Assembly: GCA_036351155.1 (NCBI GenBank)
Contig: JAZBOO010000267.1
Span: forward strand, 1 to 23,447
Reading direction: 5' to 3'
DNA length: 23,447 nucleotides
Source of the DNA: Candidatus Krumholzibacteriia bacterium
Lineage (GTDB): Bacteria; Krumholzibacteriota; Krumholzibacteriia; LZORAL124-64-63
The notes beneath the pieces are model-generated. The model made no database searches. It was not told the origin of the DNA and saw nothing but the letters and a program-made list of their open reading frames with translations. The first letter of the stretch is position 1, and every line of letters starts with the position of its first letter. A program made the translations under genes and the position numbers. Shown in pieces: positions 9,028 to 17,727 of the stretch.

Positions 9028-9669
9028 ATGGCCGCCGTTCTCTGTCCTTCACATAAGCCGTTGTACCTCAACATCTTCCCCAGCTGGAAAGGAAAGCAGC
9101 CCCTGCGCTTTTTTCTTTTGGAGAAACTGCTGGAGGCCCGCAAGGCGTCGGTTTTTCCGACCAATGGCGAAGAAAATGATGAAGATGTGAATGTTTTTCT
9201 GGCAGGTCTGCTGACCGGATTCCTGCGCGTCCGAGAAGATTCCCTGATCTTGCCTGGTGCCCAGTGTGTGCTGGATCCTCCGGCCAAGAACCTGAGCCGT
9301 GGCGCCCAGGCCGACCACTACCTGGCCAACGCCCACTGCCGGCTATTGCATCTGGGATTGATGGATCGTGGAGACAACTTGCGCCGACGGAGCGTACCCT
9401 TCGGCATGACCCGCCCGGAAGCTCGGCAAAGGGACATGCAACTGGGAGCCACCTGCTATGCCATGGCCGCGAACCTGCTGGGGCAGGGTCGGCAGGTCAA
9501 TTCAGGACTGGTCGCAGTGTACAGCAAGCTGGCGGAAAAATTTCCCGAGTATGTCCAGGTGCTGTCGGTGCTGGCCACCCGACACCTTGGACTGGGAGCG
9601 CAATTGAGCGAGCACCAGCTGAGCCGACTGCTCGACGAGGAATACTGGGACCACGCTCAGGCGGGCTAG
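9028..9669 (+). CDS. Hypothetical all-helical protein (213 aa)
   Basis: RBS AGGAGAGG before ATG 9028. The pattern DEDVNVFLAGLL...LLHLGL...LGATCYAMA...VYSKLAEKFPEYVQVL resembles a widespread uncharacterised bacterial family (recalled, not verified). Confidence 0.8.
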   Translation: MAAVLCPSHKPLYLNIFPSWKGKQPLRFFLLEKLLEARKASVFPTNGEENDEDVNVFLAGLLTGFLRVREDSLILPGAQCVLDPPAKNLSRGAQADHYLANAHCRLLHLGLMDRGDNLRRRSVPFGMTRPEARQRDMQLGATCYAMAANLLGQGRQVNSGLVAVYSKLAEKFPEYVQVLSVLATRHLGLGAQLSEHQLSRLLDEEYWDHAQAG

Positions 9670-10799
9670 CCCGCACCGCAGAAGCGCAGGACTTCCTTGT
9701 TGAGAGAAGCCTGGCCATGGGAGGCCAGGATCGCGTGTCCGCCCTCCGGGAAAAGCTGGAAGCGCGAGGATTTGTTCTTCGCCTTGCGTTGCAGGAAACG
9801 CAGACTTCCGGGGCAAGCCCGGTCATCGTCCTCACACTGCGCCGCGTATATGGGCACCTTGATCTTCCCGATCTTCCCGCGTGCCGCGTCCATCCCTTCC
9901 ATCAGGTCGGGATTCCAGCCCAGCCATCCCCGCAAGAACTTCACGTGGTGCAGCTTCAAGCGGACCAGCAGGCGCTGGACCAGGTTTTCTCGGGGCATGA
10001 TGGCCGGAGCCAGCAGTACCAGGGAAGACAGACTTTCCAGAGCGGCAAGATGCATGGCCAAGGTGGCACCGAATCCCAGCCCCACCACATGGACCTTGCC
10101 CCCTCCCCGGGCCAGCAGCTGATAGCATTGCCGCGCCTGGGTCAGAGCCGATTCCCAGGTGATCTCACCGAGGGTGCTTCCCCCTGTGCCGTAGTCGGGC
10201 AGCCGCAGAACATAGACGTTGAATCCCGCTTCCATGAACTCCTCGGCCAGTTCCTTGAGGTCACCCGGCCCGGTGGATACTCCATGGACAAACAGACAGG
10301 ACCCCACGGCTCCGTCGCGAACACGCAGGTAACTGCGGTCTTCGCCTCCCACTCCCCGCGCGTCTTCAAATGCCGTCAAAAGTTTCTGGTGGGTGCGCAG
10401 GGTCATGATCTGGCCGCGATCGGCGTCGGGCTTGGTGGTACGCGTCCGGGCCCGATCCCAGGCCGCAAGATTCAGCATCACGGTGGTGGGATCCACCACG
10501 AAAGGCTTGGGCGGTGCCGGGGTGGCGGCCGCCTGGTCAGGGGCCGGGGCCGGGGCCGGACGATTCGTTCCCGGCCGAGGACCGGACTGAGGTGGCCGCG
10601 ACCTGGGCCGCGCCGAGGATTGGGGGCGGGAACTGCTGCCCTCTTCACGAGGAGGGCGAGAGGGCCGGCGTCCGGAGTTGTCACGGGAGCTCAGCGGACG
10701 GCGACGCCGACCTGACTGACCACCCCCGCGGTTCGAGGGCCGTGGGCTGTTTTTTTGATCGCCGCCTTCAGGAGTCAACGTGTGTTCCTCTTTCCTCAA
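9666..10799 (-). CDS. Alpha/beta hydrolase (carboxylesterase/monoacylglycerol lipase-like) lacking the nucleophilic Ser, with an Arg/Pro/Ser-rich N-terminal extension
   Basis: LFVHG, GFNVYVLRLPDYGT, nucleophile elbow VHVVGLGFGA (normally GLSMGG), acid QCEDDD, His EGGHAI. An alternative TTG start at 10778 has the better RBS (GAGGA). Confidence 0.85.
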   Translation of the reverse strand: MRKEEHTLTPEGGDQKNSPRPSNRGGGQSGRRRRPLSSRDNSGRRPSRPPREEGSSSRPQSSARPRSRPPQSGPRPGTNRPAPAPAPDQAAATPAPPKPFVVDPTTVMLNLAAWDRARTRTTKPDADRGQIMTLRTHQKLLTAFEDARGVGGEDRSYLRVRDGAVGSCLFVHGVSTGPGDLKELAEEFMEAGFNVYVLRLPDYGTGGSTLGEITWESALTQARQCYQLLARGGGKVHVVGLGFGATLAMHLAALESLSSLVLLAPAIMPRENLVQRLLVRLKLHHVKFLRGWLGWNPDLMEGMDAARGKIGKIKVPIYAAQCEDDDRACPGSLRFLQRKAKNKSSRFQLFPEGGHAILASHGQASLNKEVLRFCGAG

Positions 10800-10825
10800 A
10801 CGTCATCACCCGGCAAGGGTGGCCA

Positions 10826-11644
10826 CTATGGGCGGGAGTTCAGATGCTGGTCCAGATCCGCAGGGCACCCGCACACGACATGGGGCCAGTCTGCCTCATC
10901 CATCCGGCCCAGGATACCATGATCGGCGTATTTACCGGAAAGCACAAACGCCGTTTGCATTCCCAGGCGCCGGGCCGTGATCAGATCGGCCTCGGGATCA
11001 TCCGAGATAAATAGGGCCTCGTGGGGCTCGACGCCAACCCTTTTCAGGGCCTGGCGATAGATTGCCTCGCCGGGTTTTCCCACCGTCACCACCTGCCCCG
11101 CCCCCCCCAGAGCCTCCAGAGCCGCGGCCCAGGCACCCGGTCCCAGCCGGGGCTGTCCCTGGGCATCCAGGAAAAAGCGGTTGCGATGCAGACACACCAC
11201 GGGAACACCCTGACGGCTGATGGGATCGAAGGCAAGGTCGAGATCGGCCACCGTCAAATGGGGATTCACCCCGAGAACCACCGCGTCACAGGCCCCTTCC
11301 CGCACCAGGGTGAATCCCTCCTCGGTCCAGTAATCGGCCAGATCGGGGGTTCCCAGCCACAGCACACGCTGGAGGGTTCGCTCACGCAACCAGCGCAAGC
11401 CCAGCCCCAGGGCACCCACGAGGTGCTCCATTTCCAGGCGATATCCCACCTGGTTCAGAGCCGCGATCAGCTGTTCCGGACGATGGGTGGTATTGTTGCT
11501 GACCAGACAGAAGGGCACCTTCGCCTCGACCAGGCCGTTGAGCCAGGCCACCGAGCCCTCCACCGGCCGGTAACTCTTGTCCCGGACCAGCACGCCCTCC
11601 ACATCGATCAGCCAACCCCTGGGCAACCCTGCGCGCCCACTCAT
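10826..11644 (-). CDS. HAD-IIA family phosphatase (NagD / LHPP-HDHD2-like)
   Basis: Motif I WLIDVEGVL (DxE), motif II VSNNTT, motif III VGKP, motif IV ISDDPEADL, and VLSGKY. The start overlaps the upstream GT stop (ATGA). Confidence 0.9.
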   Translation of the reverse strand: MSGRAGLPRGWLIDVEGVLVRDKSYRPVEGSVAWLNGLVEAKVPFCLVSNNTTHRPEQLIAALNQVGYRLEMEHLVGALGLGLRWLRERTLQRVLWLGTPDLADYWTEEGFTLVREGACDAVVLGVNPHLTVADLDLAFDPISRQGVPVVCLHRNRFFLDAQGQPRLGPGAWAAALEALGGAGQVVTVGKPGEAIYRQALKRVGVEPHEALFISDDPEADLITARRLGMQTAFVLSGKYADHGILGRMDEADWPHVVCGCPADLDQHLNSRP

Positions 11645-12834
11645 GGCGATCCTCCGGGAAAAATGGTCCCCGACCCGCCGGTGAGGCGGCCTCGAGAACA
11701 GACCTCGTCAATGAGGGTGTCGAAACGGGGCGCCAGCAGGGGCCAGCAGCACCCGTCCACATCCCGGTCCAGGGAACAGATGTGTCCACAGGTATCGCCC
11801 GTGAGGAGATCGCGCAAGAGGTTCACCAGTCCTTCCTCATCATCGTAAAAATGGCGGCCCTTGCAGCGCGTGCCGTACAGGGAAGGATACACCTGCTCCC
11901 GGGGCAAGACGGGATAGCACCCGGCGTGGACAGCCTCGGCCACCGAGATGCCAAAATACTCCTGCTGGGCACAGCTGACCACGATGTCCGAGATTTCCAG
12001 CATGTCATCATAGGCCTCGCGCCCGGCAAGATAACCGAAAGCCACCAGGCGGTCACCCAGCTGATCCTTGAGTGTTCGGAAAACACCTTCGTGTTGCTGG
12101 GGCTCGCCCAGCAGCGCCACCTCGAAATCTCGGCCTTCGTCCAGCAATCGGCTGATCGCCCGGGCAAACACCTCGGGTTGCTTGTCGAATTCCCAGCGAT
12201 GGTTCCAGAGAATACGATGCCGTTTCCCACGCGGCCAGCCGGGCCCCACCTCGGGTTCCGCCGGGCCTCCCCGGTACTGGGGGTAATGGTCCGCCGGCAA
12301 AGGTCGGCGGTCCAGGCCCACCGGCAGCACCGAACTGCGATCACCCAGCCGCTGGGGAACCTGGCGAGGTACGGCTTCGGACATCTTGCCCAGATAGGCC
12401 GGCAATGAGGTGAGAAACAGTTCCCGGTGAAAGTCGGAATTGAAAACGATGTGGTCGGCCGCCAGGCAGCTGAGGATGTTGGTGAACCCGAAATGGAAGT
12501 CGAACTCCTCATCCGGAGACAGCGGGTAGGTCAGCTGGTTCTCGTGCATGTACAGCAGGGCCGGCAAGCGATCGAAGGGCGGCGGAACCAGTCCGCGAAA
12601 GTCCGCCAGGTTCAAAAATCCGGTCACCATCAGCAGATCGCAGGGTCCCGGATGGGCCAGGGAAACCTCATCGGCAAACCAGGCGGCACTGCCGCGCATG
12701 CGCCATTTCCAGAAGCGTGCCGGCAAGGTCAGACATTTGAAGTTGTGCCGGGAGTGCTCGGTCAGTCCTTCGCGGAAGGCGCGATGAGACCCCCCGTCAT
12801 AGGGCTCAATGAAAAGAATATTCTTTATCTGCAA
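11641..12834 (-). CDS. DUF3524 + GT4 glycosyltransferase, homologue of tRNA-queuosine alpha-mannosyltransferase (QTMAN/GTDC1 family)
   Basis: DUF3524 motifs EPYDGGSH, LTLPARFWKWRMRGSA, YMHENQLTYP, NILSCLAADHIVFNSDFH; GT-B C-domain WNHRWEFDK and E-x7-E (EYFGISVAE). TTG start at 12834 with AAGGAG 9 nt upstream. Confidence 0.88.
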   Translation of the reverse strand: MQIKNILFIEPYDGGSHRAFREGLTEHSRHNFKCLTLPARFWKWRMRGSAAWFADEVSLAHPGPCDLLMVTGFLNLADFRGLVPPPFDRLPALLYMHENQLTYPLSPDEEFDFHFGFTNILSCLAADHIVFNSDFHRELFLTSLPAYLGKMSEAVPRQVPQRLGDRSSVLPVGLDRRPLPADHYPQYRGGPAEPEVGPGWPRGKRHRILWNHRWEFDKQPEVFARAISRLLDEGRDFEVALLGEPQQHEGVFRTLKDQLGDRLVAFGYLAGREAYDDMLEISDIVVSCAQQEYFGISVAEAVHAGCYPVLPREQVYPSLYGTRCKGRHFYDDEEGLVNLLRDLLTGDTCGHICSLDRDVDGCCWPLLAPRFDTLIDEVCSRGRLTGGSGTIFPGGSP

Positions 12835-12906
12835 CGACCCCAACTCCTTAACGGCGCGGTTCAGCAGCCATCCAAAACGTAAAAAATCATCCAAAAACTG
12901 AACATA

Positions 12907-12935
12907 TTGTCCCCGTTTTCACTTTCCTTTATAAT
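12907..12935 (+). promoter_or_regulatory. Sigma-70 promoter for the S8 protease gene
   Basis: TTGTCC (12907-12912), 17 nt, TATAAT (12930-12935), in an AT-rich divergent intergenic region. Confidence 0.75.
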
Positions 12936-13041
12936 TCATTTGCCAACAAGGGTTAACCATTTTTACCCTGGGGCCTCGCTTCGCCCTGAAGCCCCCGTGT
13001 CATGAGTTTGTACAGACAGGTTCATCTTGAGAGGAATTCCG

Positions 13042-16000
13042 ATGAAAAAGTTGCTGGTTGCCATCCTGCTGGGCGCGACGCTCAGCGCAGGAATCGTTCT
13101 GGCTCAACCTTATGAAAATTCTTCCGTGGTCGGCCAGGTGCAGGACCGGATTCTGATCACCGTGAAAGAGGGCACCGCCATGGCCCTCGACAAGTCCGCC
13201 GGACCGGTCCAGGTGGGTGTGCCCTCGCTGGATGCCCTGTCCCTGCGGTTCGACGTGAAGGACATGGTACAGATCCATGCCGGACTGACCAGCAACTTCA
13301 AGAACAAGGCCACCGCCAGTTACTTTGACCGGGTGTGGGCCGTCGATTTTCCCGAGACCTATGACCTGAAGGATGTGCAGGCCGCCTACGCTGCCCTTCC
13401 CGAGGTTGAAGAGGCTCAGCTGGTGGACATCTGCAAGATGTACGACGCCTACCTGCCCAACGACATCAGCTCCAGCCAGTACTACCTGCGGAACATGACC
13501 CCCGGTGGGGCGGACATCCGCGCCGTGGGTGGCTGGAACCAGGCCCTGGGCGACAGCAACATCATCGTCGCGGTGATCGACTCGGGTGTCGACTGGCATC
13601 ATCCCGACCTGGGGGGAACACACCCCGACAAGGTCAACGGCGCCATCTGGACCAACTGGGCCGAGTACTACGGCACACCTGGCCAGGACGATGACAACAA
13701 CGGCAAGATCGACGACATCCGCGGCTGGGACTTCGTGAACCTGTCCCCCAGCCAGGGCTGGCCTGACGAAGACGTGGCCAACGAAGACAACGATCCCATG
13801 GATTACGAAAGCCATGGCACCAACTGTTCCGGTTGTGTGGCGGCCATCACCAACAACGGTGTGGGTATTGCCGGCACGGCTCCCGGCTGCAAGATCATGG
13901 CCATCCGGGTGGGCTGGCTGCCCAACCTGTCCGAGCAGGGCGTGGTCCGCATGGACTTTGCCGCCTCGGGTATTCTCTACGCCGTCAACAACGGCGCCCG
14001 CATCATCAATGCCAGCTGGGGCTCCTCCATCGGCCTTGCTGCTGCCGTGTCCGCCGCCATCAATGAAGGCGTGCTGATCGTCACCGCCGCCGGCAACGAC
14101 GACGATGAAGTGGCGAGCTACCTGGGCACCCGGTTCGGCGTGCTTTCAGTAGCGGCCACCGATCAGAACGATGTGAAAGCCAGTTTCTCCAGCTACGGCT
14201 CCTGGGTCGAGCTGTCCGCCCCCGGCGTGGCCATCTATACCACGGCCTACAACCGGGTCACCGGCCAGAGCACCTACGCCAGCGTGCAGGGCACCAGCTT
14301 TTCCTCGCCCATCGTGGCCGGAGCCGCGGCCTTGATCTGGTCGGCCCATCCGGACCTGACCCTTTCGGAGATCAGGGACCTGATCACCAGCACCTGCGAC
14401 GATATTTCCGATGTGAACCCCGGCTACCCCGACCAGCTGGGCGCCGGACGCGTCAATCTGCTGGCCGCCCTGGGCGACGCGGTCCACCAGTACCCCGATG
14501 AGTTCCCCACCATGTACGACGCCATGAACTCGGCGCGGGCGGGCGACACGGTGGCCGTCAAGGGCGGCACCGCCATCGACGGTCCGCTGCTTATCATCGG
14601 CAACAAGGATTACGACATCCTGGCCGGCTACAATGCCGACTACACCGATCGCGACCCCATCAACAACAAGGCTGTCATCAACGGGTCCCCGGTTGACGCC
14701 GCCTTGAAATTCAACGGGAGCGTGAGCCCCGGCCTGGTGGTCGATGGCTTCGAGGTGACCGGCGGCGGTGGCCTGGTCTTTGCCGGCATTCCCTACTTCG
14801 CCGAGTGCGGTGGCGGCGTGGTGCTGAATCAGGTTTCTCCCACCTTGCGCAACTTTGAAATCCATGGCAACTCGGTGGGCTCCTCCTCGCAGCTCGGCTG
14901 CGGCGGCGGGGTGATGATGACCAACTCCTCGGCCATTTTCGACAACGTGATGATCCACAGCAACACGGGGATTTACGGTGCGGGATTGTACGCCTACAAC
15001 TCCTCGCCCACGCTCATCGATTGCGTGATCGAAAACAACATCCCCAGCGCGGCCAACACATCCTTCCCGCCTCGCGGCGGCGGTGTGTTCGTGGTCGATT
15101 CCTCCATCACCCTCGAGAACACCACCATCAGCGGCCACCAGGACCTGGATACCGGGGGCGGCATGTATGTTATCCAGGACGACGGGGCCAGCGCCGTGAC
15201 CATGACCGGCGGTTCCATCACGAACAACAGCGCCAAGCTGAGCGGCGGCGGACTGCACATGGTCGGCGGATCGGCTCAGCTGACCTCGGTCGATTTCACC
15301 AACAACACGAAGACCGCCACGAGCACCTTCATGAACGGTGGCGGCTTCTACTTCAGCAACGCCTCGGTGACCCTGGACAGCCTGGTGTGTTCGGGTAACG
15401 ACGCCAACGCGGGCGGTGGTGGTTCCATCGAAAACTGTCCCGACGCCACGGTTGCCAATTCCGTGTTCGACAGCAACATCGGGATGTTCTACGGAGGAGC
15501 TCTCTCCTTCAGCAACTCCGCCGGCGGCACCATCACCGGCAACACCATGGTTCAGAACGAAGGAACCTTGAGTGGCGGGGCGGGGCTCTATCTGTCCACC
15601 AGCACCCCCGACATCACCAACAACCTGATCGCCTTCAACACCGGTGGCACCGGTTCCGCCAACGGAATGGCCCTGGTCTCGACACCCAGCAGCCTGAGCT
15701 GCAACAACGTGTTCGACAATGTCGGGACCAACTACTCCGGCGAGGCCGATCCCACCGGCACCAACGGCAACATCTCCCTCGACCCCTTGTTCTGCAGCCT
15801 GGGTGAGGGGAACTTCAACCTCAGCTCCGAGTCGCCCTGCTTGCCCGCCAACAGCGGCGGATGCGGCCTGATCGGGGCGTTGCCCGGGGGATGTGGCGCC
15901 TCGCCGGTGCCCGACACCAGCCCTCTGGTGCCCACGGTTTTCCGGGTTGAGCAGAACTACCCCAACCCCTTCAACCCCAAGACCACCATCAGCTTCAGCC

Positions 16001-16212
16001 TGCCCGAGGCCGGCCGTGCCCAGGTGGTCATCTACGACCTGAAGGGCCGCCGCGTGCGGACCCTTGTCGACGATGTGCTGCCGGCCCAGACCCACCAGGT
16101 CTCCTGGACCGGTGACGACGACAAGGGCCACTCCGTGGCCGCCGGTGTCTACTTCTACAAGGTGACCAGTGGACTGCACCAGGGTGTGGGCCGAATGGCT
16201 CTCGTGAAGTGA
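13042..16212 (+). CDS. Secreted S8 (subtilisin-family) serine peptidase with right-handed parallel beta-helix and C-terminal FlgD-Ig/T9SS-type sorting domain
   Basis: Signal peptide MKKLLVAILLG..., propeptide, triad VIDSG / HGTNCSG / GTSFSSP, oxyanion AAGN, repeated GGG[hydrophobic] + N-rich coils, and QNYPNPFNPKTTISFSL...WTGDDDKG...GVYFYK. RBS GAGGA. Confidence 0.95.
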   Translation: MKKLLVAILLGATLSAGIVLAQPYENSSVVGQVQDRILITVKEGTAMALDKSAGPVQVGVPSLDALSLRFDVKDMVQIHAGLTSNFKNKATASYFDRVWAVDFPETYDLKDVQAAYAALPEVEEAQLVDICKMYDAYLPNDISSSQYYLRNMTPGGADIRAVGGWNQALGDSNIIVAVIDSGVDWHHPDLGGTHPDKVNGAIWTNWAEYYGTPGQDDDNNGKIDDIRGWDFVNLSPSQGWPDEDVANEDNDPMDYESHGTNCSGCVAAITNNGVGIAGTAPGCKIMAIRVGWLPNLSEQGVVRMDFAASGILYAVNNGARIINASWGSSIGLAAAVSAAINEGVLIVTAAGNDDDEVASYLGTRFGVLSVAATDQNDVKASFSSYGSWVELSAPGVAIYTTAYNRVTGQSTYASVQGTSFSSPIVAGAAALIWSAHPDLTLSEIRDLITSTCDDISDVNPGYPDQLGAGRVNLLAALGDAVHQYPDEFPTMYDAMNSARAGDTVAVKGGTAIDGPLLIIGNKDYDILAGYNADYTDRDPINNKAVINGSPVDAALKFNGSVSPGLVVDGFEVTGGGGLVFAGIPYFAECGGGVVLNQVSPTLRNFEIHGNSVGSSSQLGCGGGVMMTNSSAIFDNVMIHSNTGIYGAGLYAYNSSPTLIDCVIENNIPSAANTSFPPRGGGVFVVDSSITLENTTISGHQDLDTGGGMYVIQDDGASAVTMTGGSITNNSAKLSGGGLHMVGGSAQLTSVDFTNNTKTATSTFMNGGGFYFSNASVTLDSLVCSGNDANAGGGGSIENCPDATVANSVFDSNIGMFYGGALSFSNSAGGTITGNTMVQNEGTLSGGAGLYLSTSTPDITNNLIAFNTGGTGSANGMALVSTPSSLSCNNVFDNVGTNYSGEADPTGTNGNISLDPLFCSLGEGNFNLSSESPCLPANSGGCGLIGALPGGCGASPVPDTSPLVPTVFRVEQNYPNPFNPKTTISFSLPEAGRAQVVIYDLKGRRVRTLVDDVLPAQTHQVSWTGDDDKGHSVAAGVYFYKVTSGLHQGVGRMALVK

Positions 16213-16228
16213 TTTCTGCCTGAATCCC

Positions 16229-16265
16229 AGGCCCGCGTCTCCTCCGGCGGCGCGGGCCTTTTTTT
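16229..16265 (+). terminator. Rho-independent terminator of the S8 protease gene
   Basis: AGGCCCGCGTC...GGCGCGGGCCT stem followed by a T run. Confidence 0.9.
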
Positions 16266-16353
16266 GCGCCCGGTCAAGTTCTCCTGGGTCATTTCAGGGT
16301 CCGGTGATTATCATGACTCCCAACACAGCACCCATTTCCCCCGAGGAGATTCC

Positions 16354-16722
16354 ATGTCCAGCGAACCCACCAAGATTCTCGAGGTTTTCGACAACCCCAA
16401 TCCCGACCGGGATTACGAGATCGAATTCGACTGCCCCGAGTTCACCTGTCTGTGCCCCTTGACCGGCCAGCCCGACTTTGCCCACTTCAAGATCACCTAC
16501 GTGCCCAACGAGAAGTGTGTCGAGCTCAAGAGCCTCAAGCTGTACCTGTGGTCCTATCGCAACGAGGGAGCCTTCCACGAAAAGGTGACCAACCAGATCC
16601 TGGACGACCTGGTGGCAGCGGTGAAGCCCCGCTTCATGGAAGTGCATGGGGAATGGTTCGTGCGTGGCGGAATCACCACGTACGTGACCGCCAGCCATGT
16701 GGACGAGAAGTGGGAAGATTGA
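16354..16722 (+). CDS. queF: NADPH-dependent preQ0 (7-cyano-7-deazaguanine) reductase QueF, unimodular type
   Basis: [16 protein letters not shown], QueF motif [31 protein letters not shown] before ATG 16354. Confidence 0.96.
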   Translation: MSSEPTKILEVFDNPNPDRDYEIEFDCPEFTCLCPLTGQPDFAHFKITYVPNEKCVELKSLKLYLWSYRNEGAFHEKVTNQILDDLVAAVKPRFMEVHGEWFVRGGITTYVTASHVDEKWED

Positions 16723-16725
16723 TCC

Positions 16726-17727
16726 TCAGCAAATGATGGGCAGCGGCCCCCCACAGGTTCCGCAGGCCCCCGCGGCCGACAGGTCCAGCTGAGCCTGCGG
16801 CCCGCCCCGCTCGATGACCACGACTCCGCAATGAGGACAATGCGTGTCCCGGCCCTCGCGGCCGGGCACGTTGCCCAGGTAGACCCATTCCAGTTTTCGG
16901 CGCGCCAGGTTCCGAGCCCTGAGCAAGGTGGCGTGCGGAGTGGCCGGCGCGGTCATTTTCCAGGCCGGACGGTACGCCGAAAAATGCAGGGGAATGGGCC
17001 GCCCGACCTCCTGCTCCAGCTCGGCCACGAAATCCACCAGGGCCATCAACTGCTCATCGCTGTCATTGTGACCGGGAATGACCAGATTGGTCAATTCGAC
17101 GTGAACACCTGAAGCCAGGAACTGGCGTATGGCCAACAGCACCGGCTCCAGGCGAGCCTTGCACACCTTGCGGTAGAATCGGTCGTCCATGGATTTGAGA
17201 TCAATGTTCGCAGCGTCGATCGCCGGGAGAATCTCCGCCAGGGGCTCCCGGCAAAGGAACCCGTTGGTCACCAGCACGTTTTTCATCCCGGCGGTGCGCA
17301 CCGCGCGCGCACAATCGCGAACGAACTCATACCACACCAGCGGTTCGCTGTAGGTGTAGGCCAGGCCCACCGATTCTTCACGCCGGGCGGTGGCGATCAG
17401 ATCCTCGGGCTCCACGGCCACCGTCCGTTGCCCCTGCTCCTGGCTGATGGACCAGTTCTGGCAAAACAGGCAATGCAGGTTACAGCCCGGGGCCGCCACC
17501 GACATGATGCGACGACCCGGGTGGAAATGGTACAGCGGCTTCTTCTCCATGGGGTCCACGCCCAGGCTGACCACCTGCCCGTAATGCAGGGGGCGCATCA
17601 CTCCGCCCTGGTTGGCACGGGTGCCACAGGGTCCGACCTGCCCTTCGCGCAACCGGCACCCGATGGGGCACAGGTGACAGGCCGCCTGCCCATTGGTTTG
17701 AGGTTCCCACCAGGCCGCTTCGATCAT
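16726..17727 (-). CDS. amrS: AmmeMemoRadiSam system radical SAM enzyme
   Basis: N-terminal CHLCPIGC...CGTR, DPMEKKPLYHFHPG, radical SAM GCNLHCLFCQNWSISQ, YTYSEP, NIDLKS, PLHFSAY, YLGNV, THCPHCG. The start overlaps the queG stop (ATGA). Confidence 0.92.
   Translation of the reverse strand: MIEAAWWEPQTNGQAACHLCPIGCRLREGQVGPCGTRANQGGVMRPLHYGQVVSLGVDPMEKKPLYHFHPGRRIMSVAAPGCNLHCLFCQNWSISQEQGQRTVAVEPEDLIATARREESVGLAYTYSEPLVWYEFVRDCARAVRTAGMKNVLVTNGFLCREPLAEILPAIDAANIDLKSMDDRFYRKVCKARLEPVLLAIRQFLASGVHVELTNLVIPGHNDSDEQLMALVDFVAELEQEVGRPIPLHFSAYRPAWKMTAPATPHATLLRARNLARRKLEWVYLGNVPGREGRDTHCPHCGVVVIERGGPQAQLDLSAAGACGTCGGPLPIIC

Noticed and set aside
14146..16179. 677-aa antisense ORF opposite the S8 protease, and similar long shadow ORFs (18288-19796, 9264-10715, 4367-5557, 1204-2235)
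   Set aside because: They overlap well-supported genes, carry no recognisable motifs, and are expected from high GC3 codon bias.
16266..16353. Possible preQ1 riboswitch upstream of queF
   Set aside because: No P1 stem with a UUC-type loop and no 3' A-rich tail; only an RBS and a weak -10 (TATCAT) are visible.
16354..16722. Calling this gene GTP cyclohydrolase I (folE) because folP is nearby
   Set aside because: It has the QueF motif ELKSLKLY and the catalytic Cys/Asp context, and lacks the FolE CEHH zinc motif.
16726..17727. Calling the radical SAM gene queE or a PFL activase
   Set aside because: The N-terminal CxxCPxxC and DPxEKKPLYHF motifs are diagnostic of the AmmeMemoRadiSam family.
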